A stretch of 59,942 nt of DNA, taken from IMG/VR virus record IMGVR_UViG_3300045988_167837; one strand, 5' to 3'. Position 1 is the stretch's first letter, and each line of letters begins with the position of its first letter. The translations under genes were made by a program, and so were the position numbers. Below the pieces are notes generated by a model that did not search any database, was not told the origin of the DNA, and was given only the letters and a program-made list of their open reading frames with translations. Origin of the DNA: a virus. Taxonomy: Duplodnaviria; Heunggongvirae; Uroviricota; Caudoviricetes. Positions 9,227 through 19,212 of the stretch are shown here, in pieces.

Positions 9227-10036
9227 TCATCCAATAGTGTACTCCGCGACAAACTTCTTAACGATCGGTGATTCTTCGTTCAATGTTAGATTTCCACCGT
9301 CTCTAACGGCAATTCCTGTCGCTGGAAATACAGCCATCATTTGCCCAGCCTGAGTTGACGCAGTGTTAAGCGGATACGGTTTTTCTGGATTGCTCATTAA
9401 AGCAATCTTAATACTATTACTTGTAGCCTTCTTTTCTGTGAGAAGGTGTCTCATGGAAATTACCGTGTAAACACTAATATCTGGACCTCCGCTAAACCAA
9501 TTAAGAAGGTTTAATATCTTATCCTTTGCTTTGACAGGCGCGTTATCGTAAGCGTCTAAGAAAATATCTTTTTCTAAGCCCGCTTTATTGAAAAACGAAT
9601 CATCTTTATCACTTAAAGTAAAACGAGGACCTCTTGCAGTACGAGCTTTTTTATTTGTATTGCTATCATTTGACTGTTGAACTTTTAATTCATCATTAAC
9701 CTCAACACACTCTTCAACCTCAATAAATCCCAATTGTTCTGGCTCGTTTTCGGCAGCTTCAACACTTTCAGCGTTAATTACGTTTATAGGCTCATGCGCT
9801 AACTCCAACTCATTTAAAGCAGAGCTGAAATCACCTGCTTTTTCTTCATTGAAAAGTTCTTCGGCAACATCATCAGAACTCATGGCTACGCCAGCATCTA
9901 GGCCGAGCAGCAGATCGTCAATATCATCAGTATTTTCAACCTGTGCAGCTTTTTTTACTGGTTCATCAAGTGATTGCAACATGGCTGTCAGCTCGTCCAG
10001 ATCATCATTTGTCATTACATTTTCAACCGAACTCAT
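9227..10036 (-). CDS. highly acidic protein of unknown function (269 aa)
   Basis: N-terminal about 110 aa extremely D/E-rich; no catalytic motif. Confidence 0.5.
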   Translation of the reverse strand: MSSVENVMTNDDLDELTAMLQSLDEPVKKAAQVENTDDIDDLLLGLDAGVAMSSDDVAEELFNEEKAGDFSSALNELELAHEPINVINAESVEAAENEPEQLGFIEVEECVEVNDELKVQQSNDSNTNKKARTARGPRFTLSDKDDSFFNKAGLEKDIFLDAYDNAPVKAKDKILNLLNWFSGGPDISVYTVISMRHLLTEKKATSNSIKIALMSNPEKPYPLNTASTQAGQMMAVFPATGIAVRDGGNLTLNEESPIVKKFVAEYTIG

Positions 10037-10194
10037 GTAAGTCTCCTTCTGTTTGGTTACATTTGCGTTTCGATGGCTGCATTTTGACTAAACCTATCAG
10101 GCGGAAAAGTATTAAATACAGGCAGAAAATGATTGAAAGGCGACTGTTCTTTAAAAAAAAGCCTACTTTAAACTTTTTAAAGTAGGCTTTTGTT

Positions 10195-10752
10195 TTACAC
10201 AATTTCAGAGGGTAATTTAAAAAATCCGTACTTATTACGTGCCTTAAAGAAGCATTGCATCATTAAGTTTGTGTCATATAAGGCACTATGTGCTTTGGCA
10301 TGATCGTATATAAAGCCAAGAGAGAAGGCCAACTCTTCAAGGCGGGGACGTTTACCGTCTTCTGTGGCCCACAATCCCGATAACATAGTATCTATAACAG
10401 GAACTTCTGGCAGTCTTACTCCATACCCTGAAAACTCGTGTCGAATAAATGGTATATCAAATGCTTCGCCGTTATGAGCAACCCACACACTACATGCCCC
10501 CATATAAGCGCCAATTTCGCTGGCATGATTTGACAACAAAGGTTCAGCTGCGAGCTGTTCCAATGAAATGCCATGAACGGCTTGAGCTTTCGGATCTATG
10601 TTTCTGCGAGGGTTAAAACGCATCTCCAGACTATCAATATGTCTCTGTGTCTCCAGTTCATAGCGGGTAATTGCGATTTCAATAATTTTATGACCAGCAA
10701 GGAAATCCAGTCCCGTAGACTCGATATCGATGCCTGCAACAATCGTTGTCAT
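10195..10752 (-). CDS. DnaQ-like 3'-5' exonuclease (DEDDh family)
   Basis: Exo motifs GIDIESTGLD (I), HNGEAFDIPF (II), HSALYD (III). Confidence 0.7.
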   Translation of the reverse strand: MTTIVAGIDIESTGLDFLAGHKIIEIAITRYELETQRHIDSLEMRFNPRRNIDPKAQAVHGISLEQLAAEPLLSNHASEIGAYMGACSVWVAHNGEAFDIPFIRHEFSGYGVRLPEVPVIDTMLSGLWATEDGKRPRLEELAFSLGFIYDHAKAHSALYDTNLMMQCFFKARNKYGFFKLPSEIV

Positions 10753-10761
10753 CAGAACTCC

Positions 10762-11181
10762 TTACAACTTCTTAGCGCCCTTAAGTAGTGCGCTACGTAC
10801 AAATTGAGCCGCTTTTTTCAAAGTTTCTTCACTGGTTTCACAGACAATCGGATCTTTCCACTTACCTGACACAGTGTTGAGAATATTGATTTGGTTGCTA
10901 TCCAGACAAACAGAGATATAAAGCACTGTGCCACCAGCCAGCATCAAATGCATAGGAAACAGAGGCTTTTTACTGCCTTCACTGAACTGAGACATGGCGA
11001 TGTTAATGGCTTCACCCACTTGTGTACCAACAAGCCCCTGCGCAGTTTCGAATATGGCACGAATAGCCAGACGAGCCTCTCGATCGCTCATAAGCGACCG
11101 GGAATGTTCGTCCGCTACACGAATCAAAGCCTCTGTTGTTTTCCGATCCAGTTCATCTTCAAGCAACATTTCACTAAACAT
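10762..11181 (-). CDS. hypothetical protein (139 aa)
   Basis: ORF tightly packed between neighbours. Confidence 0.45.
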   Translation of the reverse strand: MFSEMLLEDELDRKTTEALIRVADEHSRSLMSDREARLAIRAIFETAQGLVGTQVGEAINIAMSQFSEGSKKPLFPMHLMLAGGTVLYISVCLDSNQINILNTVSGKWKDPIVCETSEETLKKAAQFVRSALLKGAKKL

Positions 11182-11242
11182 TTTTTATCCTTAACCCATT
11201 TTGAGAGTTTTATTGTCGCAATGTCGAAGAGGCGAACAATTT

Positions 11243-11887
11243 CTAATGAACGGTCACTCGGCCACAGAACCGGTTTTCTATCTTTTCTACAGCGTTATCT
11301 AGCATTCTCATCACTGATCTGGCTCTTGCTTCAACCGTGCGATATCGGTTGGAAACGACGAAGGTTTGCAGATCTCCCCTTTGCGGATGCAGGTGAATTT
11401 TTGTCAGTTCCCCGCACATCAACGCATCAATACGAGCGACATACAGACGGTCTAATGATGCTCGTTGTGATCGCAAGTAATCTCGCTCTGAGAGAGCGAC
11501 TCCCGGGCGTAAGCCAGCAATGGCGTTAAAGTTTGAAATAGCAGTTTTGTGGCAAAACTTTTCGATATCGAGGGCTAACTCAATACACCGATCTTCATTT
11601 GTATGGCCGACCAAATCCAACGTGTAGGCCATAACATCAGCAGGTGTGCGATCGATAACAAAGCCTTCAACACCACGCGTAAGTAGCTCTATATGCTTTG
11701 CTATTTCCATTTGAATCTGAAGCCGCTCATATAGAGGCATAGAATCACCTACTCGAACACCGAGGCGGCTCATCAAACTTCCGACACCAGCATCCACGTA
11801 AGGGATTCCGTAATGTTTGTCGATATATTTAGCCAGGGTTGTTTTCCCACTGCCCTGAGCACCAGTGATCCCAATCCGGTAATCCAT
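11243..11887 (-). CDS. P-loop NTPase, putative (deoxy)nucleotide kinase
   Basis: Walker A GAQGSGKTT at N-terminus; position within the nucleotide-metabolism cluster. Confidence 0.5.
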   Translation of the reverse strand: MDYRIGITGAQGSGKTTLAKYIDKHYGIPYVDAGVGSLMSRLGVRVGDSMPLYERLQIQMEIAKHIELLTRGVEGFVIDRTPADVMAYTLDLVGHTNEDRCIELALDIEKFCHKTAISNFNAIAGLRPGVALSERDYLRSQRASLDRLYVARIDALMCGELTKIHLHPQRGDLQTFVVSNRYRTVEARARSVMRMLDNAVEKIENRFCGRVTVH

Positions 11888-12363
11888 TACGACCTTCTGT
11901 ATACGATCTGCGAAAAGCCAGGCTCTTCCTCGCTGGCTCGTTGGGTATAAGCTGTTTCAACAGGCACAAAGCCTAAGTTACGCATCATGCTTGCCGGGAA
12001 GAATGCATCGGCGTTTGGTACATCAATGCCGATGTGGGAGAGCCAAATCTCTTCAACATGCGGCATGAATAGCGAGTAAATTTGTTCCCCGCCAATCACC
12101 CACACAGGCTCTGGTAATCGCAACACATCATCCACACCAGCAGGGTAGAATCCATTTGGTACAAAGCCATGAGAGCGCGTCAAAACGAGGTTATGACGCT
12201 CTGGAAGAGGGCGTTTGAGACTTTCCATCGTTTTACGCCCCATAACGACAGTGGCGTTTTTGGTGAGTCTCTTAAATAGCTTCAGATCGGTAGAACAACG
12301 CCAGGGGAGTTCATTCGCTATGCCGATCTCATAGTTACGGCCAACAGCAGCGATCATCTTCAT
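11887..12363 (-). CDS. folA: dihydrofolate reductase
   Basis: 158 aa; DHFR signature MIAAVGRNYEIGIANELPW...VVMGRKT...VIGGEQIY. Confidence 0.85.
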   Translation of the reverse strand: MKMIAAVGRNYEIGIANELPWRCSTDLKLFKRLTKNATVVMGRKTMESLKRPLPERHNLVLTRSHGFVPNGFYPAGVDDVLRLPEPVWVIGGEQIYSLFMPHVEEIWLSHIGIDVPNADAFFPASMMRNLGFVPVETAYTQRASEEEPGFSQIVYRRS

Positions 12364-12773
12364 TTGCTCACCTCATAGATGACCGGTCGATGGTGAGAGT
12401 CGGCTAAAGCGGCACGGAGTCGAGGATCGTGCACCAGCGCAGCGATAAGCAGATCGCCTTTATGCTCCGCTAATGTGCGCTTAATATGCTTCTCATAACT
12501 GGTGCCATTCGGTACGAGATGAAGCCAGTCATAATCAACGCCAAAATCTTTCAGCCATCGTTTAGTTGGCGCTTCAAGAGTTTCAGAGCGGCTACTGATA
12601 AGCACCACTTCAGCCCCTGAGCGAGCAAAACCACGCAACATACGGCTGGTGGGGAAAATGAGTTCATCACCGGCAATGAATTGGCCTGCATCCGAGTCAG
12701 ATACAGATTTACGATGGCTGGTATTTGCCAGCACACCTTCAATTTCGCATAAGACATACATACCTCTTGCCAT
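12360..12773 (-). CDS. hypothetical protein (ORF track gives 12360..12869; start placed at internal Met to avoid overlap with thyA)
   Basis: ORF overlapping thyA 3' end in another frame; internal MARGMYV start removes the overlap. Confidence 0.35.
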   Translation of the reverse strand: MARGMYVLCEIEGVLANTSHRKSVSDSDAGQFIAGDELIFPTSRMLRGFARSGAEVVLISSRSETLEAPTKRWLKDFGVDYDWLHLVPNGTSYEKHIKRTLAEHKGDLLIAALVHDPRLRAALADSHHRPVIYEVSK

Positions 12774-12774
12774 A

Positions 12775-13905
12775 TCACACCGCCACTGGAACCTTGATCC
12801 ACGGTAGAGGGGCATAGCCAAGAATAAGAATCTCGTCCCATTTGAAATCATCCAGCTCAGACCATTCATTAGGGAATATAACGACCGGATCTGAATGCTC
12901 TGGAGCCTGTCGTTGCATTAGCTCACACACACCTTCCATGTGGTTGTTGTACAAATGCACGTCAAAGCCAAAATGCACAAATGCACCGGCCATGTGACCC
13001 GTAATCTTCGCGAGAAAATGAGTGAGAATGCCATAGCCAGCAATATTGAATGGCATACCAACAAAAGTGTCTACGCTACGCTGTACGAGGCAGGAGTTGA
13101 GGATGCGTTTGGGGATTCCAAGTTCATCCAGTTCAGTTTCAGTAACACTGCCGTCCATCTCCAGATCGTATAGCATCTTGGTGTAGATAGACTCATAACC
13201 GAGGCGACTGTGTTGAAGACCAATGTCAGTTGCCATCGTTAAACGGGTTTCAAAATCCAGTTCACGACTCCACAAAGAGAAGACAAAGTGGCAAGGTGGC
13301 AGTTTCATATCCTCAAGCTCGCCTACGTTCCATGCGTTAAGCATGATGCGACGATCGGTAGGGTTCGTGCGCAGTGTATCGACAATACGCTGTAGCTGAT
13401 CGATTTCACGGGACAGCACTACGCGATCTTCACTGATACCCAGGTATCCCTCGACTTTGTACCCGCGTTCACGGAAAGTAGCGATCTTGCTCAGATATTC
13501 ACTATGGCTCACGATGCGGGTATCTTCCCATCGACGCCACTGCTTACCGTAAACCGGCCCCAAATCGCCATTCTCATCGGCCCATGCATCCCAAATCTTA
13601 ACGCCGTTATCCTTGAGAAATTGGATGTTGCCCGTGCCTTTCAGATACCACTCAAGTTCGACAAGCAGTGGCTTAAGATTTACCGCCTTTCCAGAAATAA
13701 GCGGCACAGTCCCACCAGTAAGCATGTAGTAAGAGGGAACGTAGCAGGTGCTTAAAGTACCAGTGCCTGTGCGATCATCAGCCTGCACGCCGCTTTTAAG
13801 CACCGTCTCAATAACTTTTGCATACGATGCGTTTGTTACCTGACCGTTCGTATGCTCACGATTCAAAAGGAGTGACACAAAAACCTCACAAAGATAAGTA
13901 ACCAC
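12775..13905 (-). CDS. thyA: thymidylate synthase (ThyA-type) with two internal insertions; start codon uncertain
   Basis: DDRTGTGTLS, WADENGDLGPVYGKQWRRW, catalytic PPCH, QRSVDTFVGMPFNIAGY; about 35 and 50 extra residues relative to E. coli ThyA. Confidence 0.85.
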   Translation of the reverse strand: MVTYLCEVFVSLLLNREHTNGQVTNASYAKVIETVLKSGVQADDRTGTGTLSTCYVPSYYMLTGGTVPLISGKAVNLKPLLVELEWYLKGTGNIQFLKDNGVKIWDAWADENGDLGPVYGKQWRRWEDTRIVSHSEYLSKIATFRERGYKVEGYLGISEDRVVLSREIDQLQRIVDTLRTNPTDRRIMLNAWNVGELEDMKLPPCHFVFSLWSRELDFETRLTMATDIGLQHSRLGYESIYTKMLYDLEMDGSVTETELDELGIPKRILNSCLVQRSVDTFVGMPFNIAGYGILTHFLAKITGHMAGAFVHFGFDVHLYNNHMEGVCELMQRQAPEHSDPVVIFPNEWSELDDFKWDEILILGYAPLPWIKVPVAV

Positions 13906-13944
13906 TTATTCATTAAGTGAGTTTACATTTATTGAGGGAACAAG

Positions 13945-13981
13945 GCCAGATAGATAAAAAAATGGTGGCCATAGGCCACCA
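13945..13981 (-). terminator. rho-independent terminator (bidirectional hairpin)
   Basis: TGGTGGCC-ATA-GGCCACCA hairpin flanked by A/T runs, immediately downstream of the gene ending at 14050. Confidence 0.5.
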
Positions 13982-14049
13982 AAAACGAATAGTTGTTTCA
14001 GAAATTTAACGCGCCAGCGAAATATACACAGATAGATAACTACCTACAA

Positions 14050-14919
14050 TTATTTTTTGATCATTCCGTACATTGCTGAGGCTTTAGCTTGCTCAACAAA
14101 GGAGGATAAATCGACATCACTATAGGTTGGAGACTTCAGAATCTTTCCATCGGAAATTCGAAAACCGATCATCTTATCGGTGCCATCAGCATGGCGAAAT
14201 CCCAGGTCAGAAGAGTCGTATTTGCAGTTGGCCACAGCATGGCGACGCTCTTCGGCATCTGCAGGCCATAATTTTGTCATGTTGGACCGATGAATTTCGC
14301 CAACCAGCTCGACGACATTGATACCGAGAAAATCAGCCAGTCGATAAGTCATCATGCACGCCACATAGATTTTGTTCATTACACGGCGCAGTTCCTGAAT
14401 CAGCTCAGAATCCTTAACAGTCTTCTTCTCAAGTTTATCTGCCAGCTCTTCGAGCATACATGACGCCTCACGAGCTTCCTGAAATGGCATTGCCATATCA
14501 TCGAAAACAGTGTTACCAGGCACAAAAATTGTCTGCATAAAGCGATCAATGCTCTGTTCCTGCGTGTAATAAGTCATGCCGGTAGAAATACCACCTTTGA
14601 TGGCGACCATCGTACCAACACCAACGTATAAAAAGTCGGCCATTGCATCCAGCAGTTGCTCAATATCCCCATTCATTGCGGCTGGAATACCTTCCACTAC
14701 AGCTTCTTCATGAATCAGGCTTGCACGGAGACGAAGCAGCTCTGGTGTCGGCATAACGCGTCTCGGATGCTGGAAGAGTTCATGAAACTGATCGACCATC
14801 TTGTAAATACTTTCAGTGGCTACACCATGGCCTTCATGCAATTCATATGGTTCTGGCTTAAATCCAATGAGTCGATCGGTGGCAAGTTTCAGGTGGTCAG
14901 TCAGTTTGGTAAAGTTCAT
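14050..14919 (-). CDS. hypothetical protein (289 aa)
   Basis: Long ORF within nucleotide-metabolism cluster; no confident motif. Confidence 0.5.
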   Translation of the reverse strand: MNFTKLTDHLKLATDRLIGFKPEPYELHEGHGVATESIYKMVDQFHELFQHPRRVMPTPELLRLRASLIHEEAVVEGIPAAMNGDIEQLLDAMADFLYVGVGTMVAIKGGISTGMTYYTQEQSIDRFMQTIFVPGNTVFDDMAMPFQEAREASCMLEELADKLEKKTVKDSELIQELRRVMNKIYVACMMTYRLADFLGINVVELVGEIHRSNMTKLWPADAEERRHAVANCKYDSSDLGFRHADGTDKMIGFRISDGKILKSPTYSDVDLSSFVEQAKASAMYGMIKK

Positions 14920-14996
14920 GCTAGTTTTGTTCCTTCTTAATTCTTGTGATCCATTGTGGCCCAGCGTTGCCAGGCCACATAATGCTTTGTATCGGT

Positions 14997-16139
14997 TTAC
15001 AGGTCTGCAAACTGGCTTAGAGAAGCCTTATCCACGGTAGAATCGATCTGACCTACCAGATATGTGCTTTGCTCTGCCTCTTGTGGTGCAATTTGCAGTG
15101 TGTCGGTTAACAACCACTTGTTCATCCAGACCAGCGGGTCAGTGGTAACTTCTGGAAATAAAGCCTTCAGGCCAAGACGATTCATAGCCAGATTGGTGCG
15201 GTATTTTACATAGGTTTTGAGAATATCCGCGTTTAAACCAATCATCGAACCGTCTTTGAAGAGATAGTCTGCCCAGTTCATTTCTTGTTCGGCGACTGAT
15301 TTCATGGTGTCGTAAATGACGTTTTCTTCATCAGCAGCAATCTCTTTCCACAATAAACCTTCGCGACCGGTACGCATGAAGCGGATCATGCGTTCAGTTC
15401 CTTCGCAATGCAGAGCTTCATCACGGGCAATAAAGCGCATAATTTTGGTGTTACCCTCAAGCAACTTCCGTTCACCAAAGGCAAACGTACATGCAAAACT
15501 TACGTAGAAACGGATCGCCTCAAGCGCATTAATGGACACCAACGTGCGGAAAAGCTGACGATGCAAAGGGTATGGCTCCCAGCCATATTCATTTACGTAC
15601 AGACGCTCAAATTCCTTCTCACCTAACGACTGGCGCTCGCAGGTCATCCCATAAAGCCTGTCATATTCAGCAGAGATACTGATCGCTCGGTTGATGATTT
15701 CTTCATCCGTAACAATACCGTCAAAAACAATGCTCGGATCGTCCACCATGCCACGAATAATGTGGGTGTAGCTGCGGCTATGGATAGTCTCAGAGAAAGA
15801 CCACGTTTCAACCCACGTTTCCAGTTCAGGAATAGAGATAAGCGGCAGCAGCGTTGCATTTGGGCTACGTCCCTGAACTGAATCGAGTAACGTTTGATAA
15901 CGGAGATTGCTCAGAAAAATGTGACGTTCGTGGTCCCGCAGCTTCGTGTTGAAGTCGATACGATCGCTCGAAATATCAACTTCTTCCGGCCGCCAGAAGA
16001 AAGACAATTGACGTTCAATCAACTTTTCAAAATCACGGTATTTTTGCTGATCGTAACGTGCCACGTTGACAGATTGTCCGAGGAACATAGACTCTTTGGT
16101 TGCATCATTAGCACCCAAACGGAACGTTGAATATGACAT
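14997..16139 (-). CDS. nrdB: ribonucleotide reductase class Ia beta subunit
   Basis: Strong similarity to remembered E. coli NrdB ([35 protein letters not shown]-terminal tail); start set at MSYSTF inside ORF 14997..16175. Confidence 0.9.
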   Translation of the reverse strand: MSYSTFRLGANDATKESMFLGQSVNVARYDQQKYRDFEKLIERQLSFFWRPEEVDISSDRIDFNTKLRDHERHIFLSNLRYQTLLDSVQGRSPNATLLPLISIPELETWVETWSFSETIHSRSYTHIIRGMVDDPSIVFDGIVTDEEIINRAISISAEYDRLYGMTCERQSLGEKEFERLYVNEYGWEPYPLHRQLFRTLVSINALEAIRFYVSFACTFAFGERKLLEGNTKIMRFIARDEALHCEGTERMIRFMRTGREGLLWKEIAADEENVIYDTMKSVAEQEMNWADYLFKDGSMIGLNADILKTYVKYRTNLAMNRLGLKALFPEVTTDPLVWMNKWLLTDTLQIAPQEAEQSTYLVGQIDSTVDKASLSQFADL

Positions 16140-16169
16140 GTGTTTTTCCTTTTTCTTTTTTATGTGTTT

Positions 16170-16181
16170 AAACAAGTTGTT
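16170..16181 (-). promoter_or_regulatory. conserved palindromic motif AAACAAGTTGTT (copy 3, second half-copy at about 16191-16202)
   Basis: Same motif family as 5222/5951, upstream of nrdB. Confidence 0.3.
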
Positions 16182-16244
16182 ATCTTATTTGTTTAAACAA
16201 GGCTTACAAATCAAAGAGAAGGTGGGGATACACCCCACCATATG

Positions 16245-18560
16245 TCAGATTTTGCAGGCTCCGTCGCACTCATCTTCTGGCTCGACGGCTACAGCTTGCG
16301 TCAGTGGATTCTGCGGTTCGTCGTCATCACGCTTTCCTGCCCCATCTCTGGTGTTGTGGTAGTAAAGCGTTTTAACTCCCATCTTGTAGGCGAGAAGCAC
16401 ATCTGACAGTAGCGTCATCATTGGGACTTTATCGCCTTCAAAGCGAGAAGGGTCATAGTTGGTATTGGCTGAAATAGCCTGGTCAAAGAACTTCTGGATG
16501 ATCGCCACCTTTGTCAGATAGCCGCGGTTGTCCGGCATATCCCACAGGTATTCATACTGTTCCTTCAGTTTTTCAAACTCAGGCACGACCATCTTGACGA
16601 TGCCGTCCTTAGAAGATTTCACTGACACCGGGCCACGAGGCGGTTCGATGCCGTTGGTGGAATTAGTGATCTGGCTGGAAGTCTCGCATGGCATTTGTGC
16701 CGTCAGTGTGGAGTTGCGAAGGCCGTATTTTGCAATACGTTCACGCAGTTCTTCCCACGGCATCTTTAACTCAAAGTTGGTTTCGCCACTTTCGTCTAAT
16801 GAAGAACGGTAATGGTCGATCGGCAACTGACCAATTGCGTACTTGGTCTGCTCAAACCAGTCACACTCACCTTTTGCTTCAGCAAGTCGGCAGCTGGCAT
16901 CAAGAAGGTAATACTGGATAGCTTCGAACGTTTCATGCACCAGTTTATTGCCAGCGGTATCAGAATAACGAACGCCATTTTTTGCCAGGTAATAAGCAAA
17001 GTTGGTTACACCAATTCCCAAGCTACGACGAGCTTTGGCAGGCACTTCGGCTGCCTCCATCGGATAGTCTTGATAATCCAGTAACGAATCCAGTGCAGCA
17101 ACGGCATAGAACGCCACCTCTTTAAGAGACTCCAGTGAACGGATGGCTCCGAGGTTAAAAGCGGATAAAGTGCATAGCGCGATCTCACCGTTCGGGTCGT
17201 CGGTAAATGCCAGTGGACGGGTGGGTAGGGTGATCTCCATACACAGGTTTGACTGGCGGACAGGTGCAAGAGCAGGAATGAAAGCGCCATGCTCATTAAT
17301 ATGATCGACGTTCGCAATATAAATTCGGCCCGTGGACGCTCGTTCCTGCATCAGAGATGAGAACAGCTCAATGGCAGGTACTGACTTCTTGCGAATTGAA
17401 TCATCGGCTTCGTATTTATGGTACAGCTTTTCAAACAGATCCTGGTCTGTGAAGAAGGCTTCGTACATATCAGGCACATCATGCGGGCTGAACAGAGTGA
17501 TGTTCTCGCTTCTGACGAGTCGACGGTACATCAGACGGTTACTCATGACACCGTAATCAAGATGGCGAACGCGGTTTTCATCGATACCACGGTTATTTTT
17601 CACCACCAGCAGACTTTCAACTTCAAGATGCCAAATCGGGTAAAACGCTGTTGCTGCGCCACCACGGACACCACCTTGCGAGCAAGATTTAACAGCAGTC
17701 TGGAAATGCTTCAGGAATGGAATAACTCCGGTATGGGTGGCTTCACCATTGCGGATCTCGCTGCCCAGCGCACGGATACGGCCAAAACCAATACCAATTC
17801 CAGCACGACGTGAAACGTAGTCGATAATTGCGGCTGAAGCTGCACTAATCCCTTTCAGACTATCGCCAGACTCAATCAGCACACAACTGGAGAACTGACG
17901 GGTTGGAGTACGGACGCCGGCCATGATTGGTGTGGGCAGAGACAGTTTGAACGTACTTGTAACGTCATAGAAACCTTTGACCATCTCCATACGTGTTTTG
18001 CCAGCGCAGTCGTCTTCCCAATTCTGGAACAGACACATGCCCACCAGCATATAGATATGTTGCGGCCCCTCATGAATCTCACCAGTAACACGGTTTTGAA
18101 CGAGGTATTTGCTTTGCAATTGCACCGTAGCCGCATAGCCAAAAAGATCGTCACGTTTAGGCTTAATGTAATTGCCGAGTTCTTCGATCTCTTCAAATGA
18201 ATAATGTGTCAGCAAATCCTTGTCATAAACGCCCTTGCTAACGTTCTTGATAATGTGTTGGTAGAAGTTCGGATAGTCGTAACGACCGAAGGCATCTTTG
18301 CGGATTTTAAAAATGTTCAGGCGGGCAGCCACCTGCGAGTAATTTGGTGCATCTGGTGAGATCAAATCAGCGGCAGATTTAACCAAAGCCTCATGCAACT
18401 GGCTGGTGGTAATCCCATCAAAAATGCTGGCCGCAGCTCCCATTGCTACAGCGGATGCGCTTACACCACGAATGCCTTCTACGCCATACATTACGACGCG
18501 GTTGTATTTTTCTTCGGATAACGGCTCTGTTTGGCCGTTACGTTTTACGATGCTTATCAT
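16245..18560 (-). CDS. nrdA: ribonucleotide reductase class Ia alpha subunit
   Basis: 771 aa; ATP-cone N-terminus (VKRNGQTEPL), radical/active-site region (NLCMEI), C-terminal redox-active cysteine pair; no intein. Confidence 0.9.
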   Translation of the reverse strand: MISIVKRNGQTEPLSEEKYNRVVMYGVEGIRGVSASAVAMGAAASIFDGITTSQLHEALVKSAADLISPDAPNYSQVAARLNIFKIRKDAFGRYDYPNFYQHIIKNVSKGVYDKDLLTHYSFEEIEELGNYIKPKRDDLFGYAATVQLQSKYLVQNRVTGEIHEGPQHIYMLVGMCLFQNWEDDCAGKTRMEMVKGFYDVTSTFKLSLPTPIMAGVRTPTRQFSSCVLIESGDSLKGISAASAAIIDYVSRRAGIGIGFGRIRALGSEIRNGEATHTGVIPFLKHFQTAVKSCSQGGVRGGAATAFYPIWHLEVESLLVVKNNRGIDENRVRHLDYGVMSNRLMYRRLVRSENITLFSPHDVPDMYEAFFTDQDLFEKLYHKYEADDSIRKKSVPAIELFSSLMQERASTGRIYIANVDHINEHGAFIPALAPVRQSNLCMEITLPTRPLAFTDDPNGEIALCTLSAFNLGAIRSLESLKEVAFYAVAALDSLLDYQDYPMEAAEVPAKARRSLGIGVTNFAYYLAKNGVRYSDTAGNKLVHETFEAIQYYLLDASCRLAEAKGECDWFEQTKYAIGQLPIDHYRSSLDESGETNFELKMPWEELRERIAKYGLRNSTLTAQMPCETSSQITNSTNGIEPPRGPVSVKSSKDGIVKMVVPEFEKLKEQYEYLWDMPDNRGYLTKVAIIQKFFDQAISANTNYDPSRFEGDKVPMMTLLSDVLLAYKMGVKTLYYHNTRDGAGKRDDDEPQNPLTQAVAVEPEDECDGACKI

Positions 18561-18577
18561 GTATCACCAAATAAAGA

Positions 18578-18599
18578 GGGCCACTATATTTAGTGGCCC
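18578..18599 (-). terminator. hairpin between RuvC-like gene and nrdA
   Basis: GGGCCACT-ATATTT-AGTGGCCC followed on minus strand by TCTTTATTT. Confidence 0.4.
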
Positions 18600-18633
18600 A
18601 TGTTAATAGATAAGCACTTACCTATCAATGAGA

Positions 18634-19203
18634 TCAAATGAGAGACTTGAGAACATCGCGCACCTGGCGAAACTGATCTGTTTGCATACCGGTATGGATG
18701 GCAGCCACCGCATCAGCCAAATGTTCGTTTTTGTTCACGAGAACATCCTGTCCAGATTGCTTACGACGCAGCCACGGTGCTTTAGGGTGTTTTTTCGTAG
18801 CCCACTGGATAATCTCTTCTTTCGATGTAGTAAGTTTATTGCCAACAAAATGCTTGATTTCGTTTGGAGTGACCTGGATCAATGGCTTATCCACACACGC
18901 AAGTACACCGATACAAATACCGTAAGACGTCTGCGAACGAGAGTTTTGGCTCCCAACCGGTAGTTCACAAAAAACCATATTCGCCTTATCAATGATTGGC
19001 TTCGCAACACGCCATATTTCACTGGCACGGCGCAGATCGTCACTGTTCACACGAACGGTCTTTTTGTTACTCCCCGCTTTAGTCTCAACAAGAGTAAGGC
19101 CGTGAATCTCAAGTTCGTCCGTTTCAAGGTCTAAAGTGCCCACAGCAAGCCCAAAGTTGCTCATAGAGGGATCAACACCAACTACGCTGATTTTTTTACT
19201 CAT
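18634..19203 (-). CDS. RuvC-like Holliday junction resolvase
   Basis: VVGVDPSMSNFGLAV N-terminal motif and EHLADAVAAIHTG C-terminal motif parallel RuvC ILGIDPGSRVTGYGV / ADAADALAIAITH. Confidence 0.55.
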   Translation of the reverse strand: MSKKISVVGVDPSMSNFGLAVGTLDLETDELEIHGLTLVETKAGSNKKTVRVNSDDLRRASEIWRVAKPIIDKANMVFCELPVGSQNSRSQTSYGICIGVLACVDKPLIQVTPNEIKHFVGNKLTTSKEEIIQWATKKHPKAPWLRRKQSGQDVLVNKNEHLADAVAAIHTGMQTDQFRQVRDVLKSLI

Positions 19204-19212
19204 ATAGTCTCC

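Noticed and set aside
9040-9252. 70-aa ORF between the Dam-like and acidic-protein genes
   Set aside because: The interval contains a strong 11-bp-stem terminator hairpin and the ORF overlaps the neighbouring gene; treated as non-coding.
12775-13905. Insertions in thymidylate synthase as inteins
   Set aside because: No Cys/Ser at the insertion start, no His-Asn plus nucleophile at the end, and no endonuclease motifs; more likely lineage-specific loops.
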